A model generated the notes under the pieces. That model was given only the letters and a program-made list of their open reading frames with translations. It ran no database searches and was not told the origin of the DNA. A DNA stretch of 64,000 bases from Myxococcota bacterium (lineage in GTDB: Bacteria > Myxococcota_A > SURF-8): assembly GCA_965140415.1 (NCBI GenBank), contig OZ223209.1, forward strand, positions 293,974-357,973. The letters run 5' to 3'. Both the position numbers and the translations under genes were made by a program. This document shows positions 38,546 to 48,031 of this stretch, piece after piece (position 1 is the stretch's first letter; each line of letters opens with the position of its first letter).

Positions 38546-39037
38546 ATGCCGTTGGCCGCGATTTCCATCGGCTCCAATATCGGCGATTCGCGCCAGCAGG
38601 TTCGGGTGGCGTTCGAGGAGTTGAACGCATTGCCGCAAACTCGGCTCGTCGCCCATTCGAACCTGTACGAAACCGAACCGGTGGACGTCGTGACTCAACC
38701 CTGGTTCGTCAACGCTGCCGCAATTATTGAAACCGATCTTACGCCTGAACAATTATTGCAGGCGATGCTTGACATTGAGGCCAAAGCAGGCAGAATTCGA
38801 ACAGTGGATTCCATTAAGGGGCCACGTCCCCTGGATCTGGATCTGTTGCTGTTCGAGGATCGCGTGATCGATACGGAGCGTTTGTGCCTGCCCCACCCGC
38901 GTATGATGCAACGGCGTTTCGTTTTAGAGCCTCTACATGAAGTTGCCGCCGATTGGGTGCATCCCGTATGCGGGAAATCCATTTCGGCGTTATTCATTGA
39001 CTGTACGGACCCGGCCACGGTGCGACGCATCGAATAA
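38546..39037 (+). CDS. folK: 2-amino-4-hydroxy-6-hydroxymethyldihydropteridine pyrophosphokinase
   Basis: AAISIGSNIGD...HSNLYETEPV...PRPLDLDLL motifs of HPPK; ~160 aa. Confidence 0.85.
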   Translation: MPLAAISIGSNIGDSRQQVRVAFEELNALPQTRLVAHSNLYETEPVDVVTQPWFVNAAAIIETDLTPEQLLQAMLDIEAKAGRIRTVDSIKGPRPLDLDLLLFEDRVIDTERLCLPHPRMMQRRFVLEPLHEVAADWVHPVCGKSISALFIDCTDPATVRRIE

Positions 39038-39125
39038 CCGGTAACGATATCTGTTTTTTAAGATACTGTCAGAAGCTCAAAATCGCTGGGGTAAGAAACC
39101 GCAGCACCTACAAGGAGAATCGGAA

Positions 39126-39770
39126 ATGAAATTCTTTATCGACACCGCTGATGTCAATGAAATCAAGGAAGCCATCAGCTATGGTCTGGTGGACGGCGTT
39201 ACGACCAACCCGTCCTTGATCGCCAAAACCGGGCGCTCCTTCGACGACGTGGCCAAGGAAATCCTGCAACTGGTCAGCGGGCCGGTCAGCCTGGAAGTCA
39301 CCGCACTGGATACTGAAGGTATGCTGAGTCAGGCGCGTGAACTGGCCAAACTGGGCGACAACGTCGTGATCAAGATCCCGATGACCATGGAAGGTATCGC
39401 AGCGGTACGCACCCTGGCGCAGGAAGGCATCAAGACCAACGTGACCCTGGTTTTCTCGCCGATGCAGGCTCTTTTGGCCGCCAAAGCGGGCGCGACCTAC
39501 GTTTCCCCGTTTGTGGGTCGGCTGGACGATATTTCCGAAGTGGGCATGGATTTGATCGAACAGATCGTACAAATCTACGAAAACTACGGTTTCACCACCG
39601 AAGTGCTGGTGGCTTCGATCCGCAACCCCGTACACGTGGTGGAAAGCGCATTGATGGGCGCAGACGTGGCGACGATCCCTCTGGGTGTCATCAAGCAACT
39701 GGCCAAGCATCCGTTGACGGATATCGGTCTGGACAAGTTCATGAAGGACTGGGAGAAAGTCCCGAAATAG
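39126..39770 (+). CDS. tal: Transaldolase / fructose-6-phosphate aldolase (short Tal/Fsa type)
   Basis: [15 protein letters not shown]...GVTTNPSL...VIKIPMT motifs; ~214 aa. Confidence 0.85.
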   Translation: MKFFIDTADVNEIKEAISYGLVDGVTTNPSLIAKTGRSFDDVAKEILQLVSGPVSLEVTALDTEGMLSQARELAKLGDNVVIKIPMTMEGIAAVRTLAQEGIKTNVTLVFSPMQALLAAKAGATYVSPFVGRLDDISEVGMDLIEQIVQIYENYGFTTEVLVASIRNPVHVVESALMGADVATIPLGVIKQLAKHPLTDIGLDKFMKDWEKVPK

Positions 39771-39850
39771 TTTCGTTCATCACGAAGAAGAATCATCATC
39801 CAAGCAGACGCAATCCGTTGCTGTAAGAAACGGGCGCAGGAGAGAGTGGT

Positions 39851-40516
39851 ATGAAAATCGAGAATGGCTGTTACGTTCGCTTTAATTATCTGTTCCGCAA
39901 TTCGGAAGGCGAAATCGTTTACGAAAGCAATGTGGACGAGCCGACCTGGTACATTCACGGGCAGAATCTGATTCTGGGAGCCTTCGAAGAAGCCATGGCA
40001 GGGCACGAGCAGGGCGAACGCCTGACGATCGATCTGAAACCGGAAGATGCGTTCGGAGAGCGGCGCGACGAATTGATCAGCGAAGTAACTTTCGATATGT
40101 TACCGGAGGGTTTCGAACCGAAGCTGGGCGAAATTCTGGAAGCCACCAACGATGACGGCATGGTGCTTCCGATGCAGATTACCGAAGTCAAAGAGAACAG
40201 CGTCATCTTGGACGGCAACCATCCGCTGGCCGGAATGACGCTCGTTTGTGACTTGATGGTCGAGGAAGTGCGCGAAGCCACGAGTGAGGAAACCGCGGAA
40301 ATGGATCGCCTGATGGCCTCGCCCGGTTCGCAGGAAGAGGAAAGCGATGAAGCCTCGCCGTTGATCATGGAATTCGGCGGAGACGACGAAGAGGGTACGG
40401 AAGTAGACACTCCGACGTGCAGCACCTGTTCCGGCTGTGCGCCTGTGGTGATCAAAGGAGATAAAGACAAAGGTGGTTCGGGCGGTTGCGGCCCGGACGG
40501 ATGTTGTGGCTGTTAG
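39851..40516 (+). CDS. slyD: FKBP-type peptidyl-prolyl isomerase, SlyD-like with Cys-rich tail
   Basis: FKBP core with insert-in-flap region, acidic linker and C-terminal CSTCSGC...GGCGPDGCCGC tail. Confidence 0.65.
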   Translation: MKIENGCYVRFNYLFRNSEGEIVYESNVDEPTWYIHGQNLILGAFEEAMAGHEQGERLTIDLKPEDAFGERRDELISEVTFDMLPEGFEPKLGEILEATNDDGMVLPMQITEVKENSVILDGNHPLAGMTLVCDLMVEEVREATSEETAEMDRLMASPGSQEEESDEASPLIMEFGGDDEEGTEVDTPTCSTCSGCAPVVIKGDKDKGGSGGCGPDGCCGC

Positions 40517-40576
40517 TAGTCGCTCGGATGTACGTATAGCATAGTCGGGGAACCGGCACAGGAAGGTGGGTGTAGA

Positions 40577-41284
40577 ATGAAAGCGTGTAGACATTTCATG
40601 GTGGTTTTAATGGGATGCCTGGTGCTGAATCTGTCTGGCGTCGCGTGGGCACAGCAAACGGATGCCGCTGCCCCACCTGCTGAAGAATCTGGTGCCGATG
40701 CGGTGGAACAACCGACCGAACAAGCGGTTGAAAAGACTACCGATACCGCCGAAGCAAAAGAAGCCGAGGCCACTAAGGAAGGTTGCGCAGAAGCACAAGA
40801 CTGCAAAGAAGATATGACGATGGATCTCGGCGTTCCCGGCGAACCGCCGTTGCCGGGTGCCGTTGCCGTACAGGCAGAGCAGCCGGAACCGGAAGTCACG
40901 ACGTTGCGCACGCATGGTGGACGCCTGATCGGCTCCGGCGTGTTTTTCGCGATTGCCGGTGGCGTGTTGACCGGTGTGGGTGCTGACCAGAATGCCGATG
41001 AAGCCTTGTATGCCGGAATCAGCGGGCTGGGAATAGCAGCCATTCTAGCGGCGGTCGGTATTCCGTTGTTCGTGATGAATCCGGAAGAAGACGTGCAAAA
41101 AGAAGAAATGGTTACCTTGCAGTCGAAACCGAAAAACGGCAACGTGCAGGTTCTGGAAATGGACGATTTCGAGGCGCAATTGCGCTACGTTGCAAGCCAG
41201 CAGACGGCACCCAAGCCGGTTTTGAGCATCGCTCCCGCTATTTCGCCGGAATCCGCCGGACTTTTCATGCAGCTCGGATTTTAA
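40577..41284 (+). CDS. Hypothetical secreted/membrane protein
   Basis: Signal peptide (AWAQQ), acidic low-complexity region, Gly-rich hydrophobic segment; no recognisable domain. Confidence 0.4.
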   Translation: MKACRHFMVVLMGCLVLNLSGVAWAQQTDAAAPPAEESGADAVEQPTEQAVEKTTDTAEAKEAEATKEGCAEAQDCKEDMTMDLGVPGEPPLPGAVAVQAEQPEPEVTTLRTHGGRLIGSGVFFAIAGGVLTGVGADQNADEALYAGISGLGIAAILAAVGIPLFVMNPEEDVQKEEMVTLQSKPKNGNVQVLEMDDFEAQLRYVASQQTAPKPVLSIAPAISPESAGLFMQLGF

Positions 41285-41297
41285 GCTGATTTACAAT

Positions 41298-41330
41298 GCC
41301 CTTCGGCTTTACTGTCGAAGGGCATTTTTG
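41298..41330 (+). terminator. Rho-independent terminator
   Basis: Stem GCCCTTCG/CGAAGGGC with 10-nt loop, followed by ATTTTTGTGTG; 14 nt after the stop at 41284. Confidence 0.65.
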
Positions 41331-41360
41331 TGTGTAGACTAGGTATCAGTCATATTTAGC

Positions 41361-41490
41361 CACTGATTCCATGAATTTGTGCCATAGTCTTACGCGATCG
41401 AAGATCGTGGAAGGCTGTGTGTCTTCAATAGGTTACACACGGCCTCCCGGAATTTTCATTCCGTGAGACCATGGCACATCCCGATTACTC
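41361..41490 (+). repeat. 130-nt structured dispersed element, copy 2 (candidate ncRNA or larC leader)
   Basis: About 87% identical to 24950-25079; differences sit in predicted loops or keep pairing. Lies between a terminator and the larC start 50 nt downstream. Confidence 0.6.
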
Positions 41491-41539
41491 GATGGACAGG
41501 AATGAGTAGTATCTATTCGAAATACAAGGGAGACGAATC

Positions 41540-42697
41540 ATGAGCAAGCGCTTGCATCTGGATTGCACGGGCGGCATTGCCGGAGATATGTTTATTTCCG
41601 CTCTCACCGGCTTGCCCATGGATATCGAAGCCTGGTGGGAGATCATGGATCGTCTGCCGCTGCCGGAATGGGAAGCGTCGTTTCCGGAGCGGTCGGAATG
41701 CGGCTTGATGTGCCGTACTTTGAAATTGACGTTGCCCGGCGGCCCCGGCGACCCGCGCGACGTGCGCTCGATCCGGCAGACCATCTTACAAGCCAAGCTG
41801 CCTTCCGAAGTGGAAGAGAATTCGTTGGCGCTATTGCAACTGCTGGCCGAAGCCGAAGGCAAGGTGCATGGCGAAGAACCGGATCTGGTTCATTTTCACG
41901 AACTGGCCGGATTCGATTCCATCTTCGATCTGGTCGGTGCGGCGGCGGCGGTGCATCTGCTGCAGCCGGTGACGATCAGTTGCTCGTCGTTGCCATTGGG
42001 ACACGGTACGGTGCAGACCGCGCACGGCGAATTGCCACTGCCGGTTCCGGTGGCGCTGGAACTGCTCGATGGCCTGCCGGTGCATCCGGTTGATATTGCA
42101 GGTGAAACCATTACCCCCACCGGGGCGGCCATTGCGCGTCATTTTGCAGGTTCCTTTTCCACTTTTGCCCAAGGTGCGATTCTGGCTCACGCCCAAAGCG
42201 CCGGGACAAGAAAGAATGCGCGTATTCCCAACATGCTGCGCGCCATCTTATTGGAGGAAGACGCCGGGGATTCGGAAACGCTGTGGGTATTGGAATGCAA
42301 CCTGGACAATATGAATCCCGAACATACGGATTTTCTTTTCGCCCGCCTGTTCGAAGCCGGGGCGCTGGATGTCTGGCTCAGTTCGATTCAGATGAAGAAA
42401 AACCGCCCGGCCCAGACCGTTTCCGTTTTAGTGCGCCCGAATCTGGCCGACGAGATGCAGCGGCTGCTCTACCTGCACACACCGACAATCGGTGTTCGGC
42501 GCTTTGCGGTGCAGCGTCATGCTCTTAAACGCAGCGAGGAGTTCCGTGAAACTCCATTGGGGACCGTGCGCGGAAAGCGCATCGACGCACCAGACGGTTC
42601 ACGCTGGATGCCGGAATACGATGAACTGGCTCGTATCGCCTCAGAGCGCGGCTGGTCGATTCGTCAGGTGTTGGAAGCGCTTTCAGCCACGAGCTAA
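41540..42697 (+). CDS. larC: LarC-family nickel insertion protein (DUF111)
   Basis: N-terminal LHLDCTGGIAGDMFISAL, central HFHELAGFDSIFDLVGAAAA and TPTGAAI blocks. No larB or larE seen in the window. Confidence 0.7.
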   Translation: MSKRLHLDCTGGIAGDMFISALTGLPMDIEAWWEIMDRLPLPEWEASFPERSECGLMCRTLKLTLPGGPGDPRDVRSIRQTILQAKLPSEVEENSLALLQLLAEAEGKVHGEEPDLVHFHELAGFDSIFDLVGAAAAVHLLQPVTISCSSLPLGHGTVQTAHGELPLPVPVALELLDGLPVHPVDIAGETITPTGAAIARHFAGSFSTFAQGAILAHAQSAGTRKNARIPNMLRAILLEEDAGDSETLWVLECNLDNMNPEHTDFLFARLFEAGALDVWLSSIQMKKNRPAQTVSVLVRPNLADEMQRLLYLHTPTIGVRRFAVQRHALKRSEEFRETPLGTVRGKRIDAPDGSRWMPEYDELARIASERGWSIRQVLEALSATS

Positions 42698-43720
42698 AGG
42701 CGGGTTTTCGAATGATGCATAGCGGGAAGCGGCGGACTCGAAACGGTCGTCCAGTCCCGCTGCCGCCTGCAAGGCACGTCGTAGGAAATACCCACGCGCG
42801 GCTTCATCCTTTCTCATATGAAAAAACAACGCCGTCTGAACTCCGAAAATGAATCCGTAATAGTTCAGTTTGCTTTTGTATTTGGGCGGGAAAGAGCGCT
42901 GCGCCTCGTAGCCGTCGTGAATGAGTTGATAGAAATCCGCTTCGTGTACGTGGGTGTATAGCGAGCAGATATCGACCAGTGGAGATCCGGCGGCGGCCTG
43001 GGTGAAGTTGACGAACCCGGTGATTTTTTTCTGCTCTCGATCTACCCATAGATTGGCGAACTGCAAGTTATTGTGCGTCAGTCCCAACGATTCCCCGATC
43101 ATCACCGATTTAGATTTCTCACCGAATTCCAGTAGTTGCTGGACCAACCCTTCATCGAGCATCTGGCTGGCCTGCACGTGTTTCATGACCGTATCCGCCA
43201 TCAAACCAAAATACTTCTGCCAGGGGCCTGGATGCACCCCGTTGCCTTCGACTGAAATCAGCCCGGCACCTTTGACCTGAATGGAATGGATACGCGCCAG
43301 AAAGCGGCCAATCTGTTCTCCGATTTTCTCTTTTTCATCATTCGAAAACGAATCACCTGCGGCATAGCTGCGTGCAATCGGTTCGCCGTCGATTTTCTGT
43401 ACAACCAAAGCGGGGCGCTCCACAAACTCGCTGTTGGACTCTACCCCAATCGGCCTGGTCAGCGGAACGTGCAGGTTCAAATCCAACGTGGAACGATTGA
43501 AGCGATCCAGTTGATCGAGAATGTTGTATTCCCGGTGAAGGATGGTAAAGTCACGGTTTTTCGGTTCCGCTTTCAGAATTTTGACCCAATAATCACCAAC
43601 CTCGTAGGTATCGCAGGCCGGATCGATCGGAACGCCATGAACCTGTTCCGGATCGGTTTCAAAATCCGATTTGAATTTCTGTATGAGTGAGATCAGATTT
43701 TCGGCGTTCGCTTGACTCAT
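42683..43720 (-). CDS. Aminoglycoside-phosphotransferase-fold protein, possibly a pseudokinase
   Basis: ATG at 43720 with GGAGGAA SD. Kinase-like fold; catalytic-loop position reads THNNLQFANLW and the metal-binding position reads FVNFT (Asn where Asp is expected). 3' end overlaps larC convergently by 15 nt. Confidence 0.5.
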   Translation of the reverse strand: MSQANAENLISLIQKFKSDFETDPEQVHGVPIDPACDTYEVGDYWVKILKAEPKNRDFTILHREYNILDQLDRFNRSTLDLNLHVPLTRPIGVESNSEFVERPALVVQKIDGEPIARSYAAGDSFSNDEKEKIGEQIGRFLARIHSIQVKGAGLISVEGNGVHPGPWQKYFGLMADTVMKHVQASQMLDEGLVQQLLEFGEKSKSVMIGESLGLTHNNLQFANLWVDREQKKITGFVNFTQAAAGSPLVDICSLYTHVHEADFYQLIHDGYEAQRSFPPKYKSKLNYYGFIFGVQTALFFHMRKDEAARGYFLRRALQAAAGLDDRFESAASRYASFENPPLARG

Positions 43721-43998
43721 GGGTTCCTCCATCGGCGTATTGATCGATGCTGAAACTGTAACAGAGAATGGGCGTTGACGCACCTTCTTTTCGCAGTTGA
43801 ACATCTGCGTTACACCAAACCCACAGCGGCAATTGACACGCATTCCCGGTCATGTTACCTTTATGTGTAAGGCGTATCATCACGGTTTTGTATTGCACCG
43901 AATCGCCAGGAATTCCGAGCCGTTTCCGCTCTGCAAGTGGAGCGGTCCTTTGTTTTGCCTTTCGAACCATTCGGCAGGCACGCCACGATGAGGATAGC

Positions 43999-44211
43999 AT
44001 GAGTGACGAGCAAAAAGACGACCTGCAAAAAGAGAAGAAACTGCCGGCGTTCGAAAACAACCGGGATTTACTGCTGTTTCTGTACGTTCTGATCAAGCAG
44101 AACCGCAAGTGGTGGCTGTTGCCCTTCTTGTTCGTGCTGGGAATTTTAAGTCTCTTCGTCAGCTTGACCGGCAATACCTCGCTGTTGCCCGCCATTTACG
44201 CCCTGTTCTAG
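43999..44211 (+). CDS. DUF5989-like small membrane protein
   Basis: ATG at 43999 with GAGGA SD; 70 aa with charged N-terminus and hydrophobic tail ...NRKWWLLPFLFVLGILSLFVSLTGNTSLLPAIYALF, matching the DUF5989 pattern as I recall it. Confidence 0.45.
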   Translation: MSDEQKDDLQKEKKLPAFENNRDLLLFLYVLIKQNRKWWLLPFLFVLGILSLFVSLTGNTSLLPAIYALF

Positions 44212-44225
44212 GTCGGGATTCAGAA

Positions 44226-45698
44226 ATGGGTCAAGCTCCGACGCCAAGGCGTTTTCTCTTTATCCGCACCTTCAAGTTTCTCAAAGCCGGAGGACCGATT
44301 CCCCCGTTGGGGTTGTTGTACCTGGCTGCCTGTCTACGCAAACGCTTTGGTGACGACTTCCAGTTGCGCTTGGTCGATACCGGTTTGCTCGGGTTGGACG
44401 GCGTTAAACAGGCCATCACGGAATTCAACCCGGATTACATCGGTATCAGCAGCATGAGTTGTGAAGAGGATTATCTCTTCGAGCTTTCCCGCTTTTGCAA
44501 GCAACAACACCCTGATTCTACAGTGATTGTCGGTGGACCACATGCCACCGTAAGAAAGGAAGCGCTGCTTTCGGAACGCTCGCTGGATTATCTCGTTTTC
44601 GGCGAAGGCGAGGAAACGCTGGTGGAATTATTGGAAGCGCTGGAAAACAAGAGCGATCCTTTGCAAGTGGCCGGAATCGCGGCGCGAACGGAACAGGGAG
44701 TGCAGACCAGTGAACAGCGTGCTCCGATTGAAGATCTGGATGCCTTGCCCTTTCCGGCCTGGGATCTGATCGATGCCAGGGAATACGCCCGTTTTCCCAA
44801 CTGGAACGGCTCGCTGAAAAAAGAATTCTACGCCGTGCTGGCCTCCTCGCGCGGTTGTCCCTACGGCTGTTTCTTTTGTCACAATCTGTTCGGTAAAACC
44901 GTGCGCGCCCGCTCGCCGGAAAGCGTCTTTGCCGAGTTGAAGTGGCTGCACGAAGAATACGGCGTGGAAGAAGTCCACATCCTGGACGATATCTTCAATT
45001 TCAACGCCGCACGTGCAACTCGTGTAATGGAACTGGTGCTGGAATCGAAGATCGATTTCGCCTTTGCGTTTCCAAACGGTTTACGCGCCGACATCATGAC
45101 CGAAGAACTGATCCGCATTCTCGCCAAAGCCGGAACCTATAAAATCAACTATGGTTTCGAAACGGCTTCTCCCCGCCTGCAAAAGCTGATCGGGAAAAAC
45201 CTGAACGTGGAGAAAGCGGCGCGAACCTTCGAGTTGACCAGCCGGGCGGGTATTATTACCGGGGCTTATTTCATGCTGGGTTTTCCCACGCAGACGAGAG
45301 CGGAAATAGAGCATACCATCGACTTCGCCGCTCATTCCGCCCTGGATGTCGCTTACTTTTTCAAGGCGACGCCGTACCCTGGCAGTGGATTCTTTAACGA
45401 GGTCTTCGAGCAATCGTCCGATGAAGCTTCCGGGTTGAAGCAGATCGAGAATTACGGCGACTACCACTTCTATTCCGTCTCGCGTTCTTATGGCGAAGTG
45501 GATACAAACGAGTTGAACCTGTTGATGTTGCAGGCGCAACACCGGTTTTATTTCCGTTTCAGCCGCATCTGGCGCGTGTTCTGGAAAAGCAGCAAGAAAA
45601 TGGAATTTCTGCATAACCTGTTGGAAGTCTTCGCGCTGTTGATTCAATCGTTTTTACTGAAACATCTGCTGGCAAGCGGCAAGGAGAAGACGCCGTGA
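44226..45698 (+). CDS. B12-binding-domain radical SAM protein
   Basis: N-terminal cobalamin-binding-like domain (PLGLLYLAACL...VIVGGPHAT) and radical SAM cluster motif GCPYGCFFC. Starts 14 nt after the DUF5989-like gene. Confidence 0.8.
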   Translation: MGQAPTPRRFLFIRTFKFLKAGGPIPPLGLLYLAACLRKRFGDDFQLRLVDTGLLGLDGVKQAITEFNPDYIGISSMSCEEDYLFELSRFCKQQHPDSTVIVGGPHATVRKEALLSERSLDYLVFGEGEETLVELLEALENKSDPLQVAGIAARTEQGVQTSEQRAPIEDLDALPFPAWDLIDAREYARFPNWNGSLKKEFYAVLASSRGCPYGCFFCHNLFGKTVRARSPESVFAELKWLHEEYGVEEVHILDDIFNFNAARATRVMELVLESKIDFAFAFPNGLRADIMTEELIRILAKAGTYKINYGFETASPRLQKLIGKNLNVEKAARTFELTSRAGIITGAYFMLGFPTQTRAEIEHTIDFAAHSALDVAYFFKATPYPGSGFFNEVFEQSSDEASGLKQIENYGDYHFYSVSRSYGEVDTNELNLLMLQAQHRFYFRFSRIWRVFWKSSKKMEFLHNLLEVFALLIQSFLLKHLLASGKEKTP

Positions 45699-45868
45699 AG
45701 CGCATTCTGGCGTATCTAATCTGCCTGTTCGCCTTGCTGTTGCCCTGGCGGCTGCGGGTGGCCTTTGCCGGGTTATTGGGTTGGATTACCCAGGGGATTT
45801 ACGGCCTGCTCTATGCCGTGATGCGCATTCTGGTTAAAAACCTTCGTAACGACTCGGACAGCACATGA
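45695..45868 (+). CDS. Small hydrophobic protein (57 aa), translationally coupled; not in the ORF track
   Basis: GTG start overlaps the radical SAM stop (GTGA), AAGGAGAAG SD; MKRILAYLICLFALLLPWRLRVAFAGLLGWITQGIYGLLYAVMRILVKNLRNDSDST; its stop overlaps the next ATG (ATGA). Confidence 0.4.
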   Translation: MKRILAYLICLFALLLPWRLRVAFAGLLGWITQGIYGLLYAVMRILVKNLRNDSDST

Positions 45869-46755
45869 CCAAAAGCCGTCAGATCGCCATTCTGTTTTCA
45901 GGCGGTACGGATTCGACTGCTGCCACAGCGCTGCTTGCCGAGCAATATGACCGGGTGCATCTGCTTTCCTATTTTCATTCCGGTTCGGCGCAGCCGAAAA
46001 ACGCCGCCACCAACATTCCCAAGTTGGTCGAGTTGTACGGCGACAAGTTCGAGCATCACATTTTTTCCACCGACAAGTTATTTCGCCATTTCACCTACGA
46101 GCGCTATTTCAAAAACCTGCGCCGGTACGGCTTGTTCAACCTGACGAGTTGCGGTTTCTGCAAACTGGCCATGCACGTGCGCACGCTGGTTTATTGCCTG
46201 GATCATGATATTATCGAAGTTGCAGACGGTGCCAACCGGCACATGTCGCACTTTCCGGCACAGATGAAAGCCATGCTCGATCCGCTGCGTGAACTGTACG
46301 CCCATTTTCACATTTCGTTTGAAAATCCGGTGTTCGAATACGAGAACCCGCGTGAAATCGATTGGATACACAAGCTCGGCCTGGCGGATCTGGCGCAATC
46401 GTCCTCCAAAAAGAAGCTTGCTGAAAAAGAGGAAGCAGCTGAGGTTTCTGCAAAAACCACCGGCGATTTGCTACTGGAGCGCGGTATTCTTTCCAACGCG
46501 AATGTCAAAGGGACGGCGACCGACCGCAAGATGCAGGCGCGTTGCTTTCAACTGACGCTGCTAAACGCCTTTGCTTTAGGCTACTTCATTCCAACAAAGG
46601 GCATGGATGCCTACCAGCAGGGCATCTCGCGCTTTTATACGGAAAAGATTTCCGTGGCGGAAGAGTTGTTACAGGACTATCGGGAGCGAGGAAACGAAAG
46701 CCGTTTGGCCGGGCTAGTCGAGCGTAATGATCTTGGGGAACATGATGCCTCGTAA
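45865..46755 (+). CDS. PP-loop superfamily ATP pyrophosphatase (QueC-like N-terminus)
   Basis: N-terminal IAILFSGGTDSTAAT (SGGxDS PP-loop) and DRVHLLSYFHSG; Cys motif SCGFCK. Subfamily not assignable by eye. Confidence 0.6.
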   Translation: MTKSRQIAILFSGGTDSTAATALLAEQYDRVHLLSYFHSGSAQPKNAATNIPKLVELYGDKFEHHIFSTDKLFRHFTYERYFKNLRRYGLFNLTSCGFCKLAMHVRTLVYCLDHDIIEVADGANRHMSHFPAQMKAMLDPLRELYAHFHISFENPVFEYENPREIDWIHKLGLADLAQSSSKKKLAEKEEAAEVSAKTTGDLLLERGILSNANVKGTATDRKMQARCFQLTLLNAFALGYFIPTKGMDAYQQGISRFYTEKISVAEELLQDYRERGNESRLAGLVERNDLGEHDAS

Positions 46756-48031
46756 AACCTCGGCAGACACCACGATGTCCTATCCGGTTTTAGGAAAACT
46801 GCTGGCTTTGGGATTCGGCCTGTTTCTGCTGGTCGTACTGGAACTGGTTGCCAGACTCGCCCTGCCGGAAAGCCACCTGGATCGGATTCTGGATATTTTA
46901 CAGCAGGACGCAACCCTCTTCTGGCGACAGCGACCCGAATTGAATACGATGTTCGCCGGAACCGAAGTCACGACCAATGAAATCGGGCTGCGCATTGCAC
47001 CTGACTCGAACGCATCGATTTTGAAGAAGCAGGCAGAAGTTCCGCGCATCGTCTGCATGGGCGCTTCGCCGACCTTCGGTTGGGGAGTTACGGAGAAACA
47101 AGCCTACAGCCGCCGGCTTGAACCGCTGCTTTCCGAAAAACTGGGGAAGCCGGTCGAAGTCATCAACGGCGGGATGATCGGGTATTCCTCGCTGCAAGGT
47201 GCGCGTTTTTTCGAGCGGGAAATCCTGCCATTGCAACCGGATTGGATCACGGTCTCCTACGTTATCAACGATGTGGACAAATACCGCTTTTTCCGCACGG
47301 ATGGCCGCCCGGATCGTGAACTGAAACCGCTGGATGAAACGGGCGTCTGGCTGCGGAATCTGCTGATGAAAAGTGCGTTTTATCGACTGTATGAGCGCAG
47401 CCTGCATGTGATGCTGCAACGGCGCGGACAGTTGGACGGAAAACCGCTGCGGCTTTATCGCCCCGGCGAGGTGCGTGTACCACCGCAAGATTACGTAAGC
47501 AACCTGGCGACCTTTGCCGATCTCTGCAAGCAGCACCATATCGGCCTGCTGTTTGTTGCCATGCCCATCAATCTGCCTGTTGGAAAAAAGCTGTCGGCCA
47601 AAGAGCGACAACGAGCGTCGGAGTTTTTGCAGGAAGGTCTGCGCCTGGCGGCTGCCGATCGGTGCGAGCAGGCGTTAGAGCCTTTACAGAAAGCGGTTGA
47701 ATTGAATCCCGACGCCAGCGAGGCGCACTACCAGCTTGGTGTCTGCTATTCCGAACTGGGTAAGGAGCCGGAGGCGCGCGCGGCTTTCGACGCCGCCATG
47801 CTCAGCGAGGCTCATCGCTGTGGAGCGGATGGACTGCGCTACAACGACCTGCTACGCGAATTTGCCGGGCAACGACGCATTCCCCTGGCGGATGTCGCAA
47901 GCGTCTTTAGAAACGAACAGGAAGAATTGTTTCTGGTGCAGGCCGGAGACCCGATTCACCCCAACGCCAAAGGCCACGCCATCATCGCCCGACTGTTGGC
48001 CGAGACGCTGTCGAACTTCATGACACGCTGA
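46742..48031 (+). CDS. SGNH-hydrolase-like protein with C-terminal TPR repeats
   Basis: N-terminal signal anchor; RIVCMGASPTFGWGV and NGGMIGYSS blocks; DPIHPNAKGH (DxxH); TPR-like repeats in the C-terminal ~100 aa. Start uncertain (46727, 46742 or 46775). Confidence 0.5.
   Translation: MMPRKTSADTTMSYPVLGKLLALGFGLFLLVVLELVARLALPESHLDRILDILQQDATLFWRQRPELNTMFAGTEVTTNEIGLRIAPDSNASILKKQAEVPRIVCMGASPTFGWGVTEKQAYSRRLEPLLSEKLGKPVEVINGGMIGYSSLQGARFFEREILPLQPDWITVSYVINDVDKYRFFRTDGRPDRELKPLDETGVWLRNLLMKSAFYRLYERSLHVMLQRRGQLDGKPLRLYRPGEVRVPPQDYVSNLATFADLCKQHHIGLLFVAMPINLPVGKKLSAKERQRASEFLQEGLRLAAADRCEQALEPLQKAVELNPDASEAHYQLGVCYSELGKEPEARAAFDAAMLSEAHRCGADGLRYNDLLREFAGQRRIPLADVASVFRNEQEELFLVQAGDPIHPNAKGHAIIARLLAETLSNFMTR

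Noticed and set aside
41361-41490. Calling the larC-upstream element a NiCo (czcD-type) riboswitch
   Set aside because: I cannot match it to the NiCo consensus from memory, and the second copy sits in a 3' position rather than a leader; left as a candidate structured RNA only.
46898-47611. 237-aa minus-strand ORF opposite the SGNH/TPR gene, and 49632-50477 (281 aa) opposite the histidine kinase gene
   Set aside because: Antisense shadow ORFs without motifs; the plus-strand genes have clear domain signatures.
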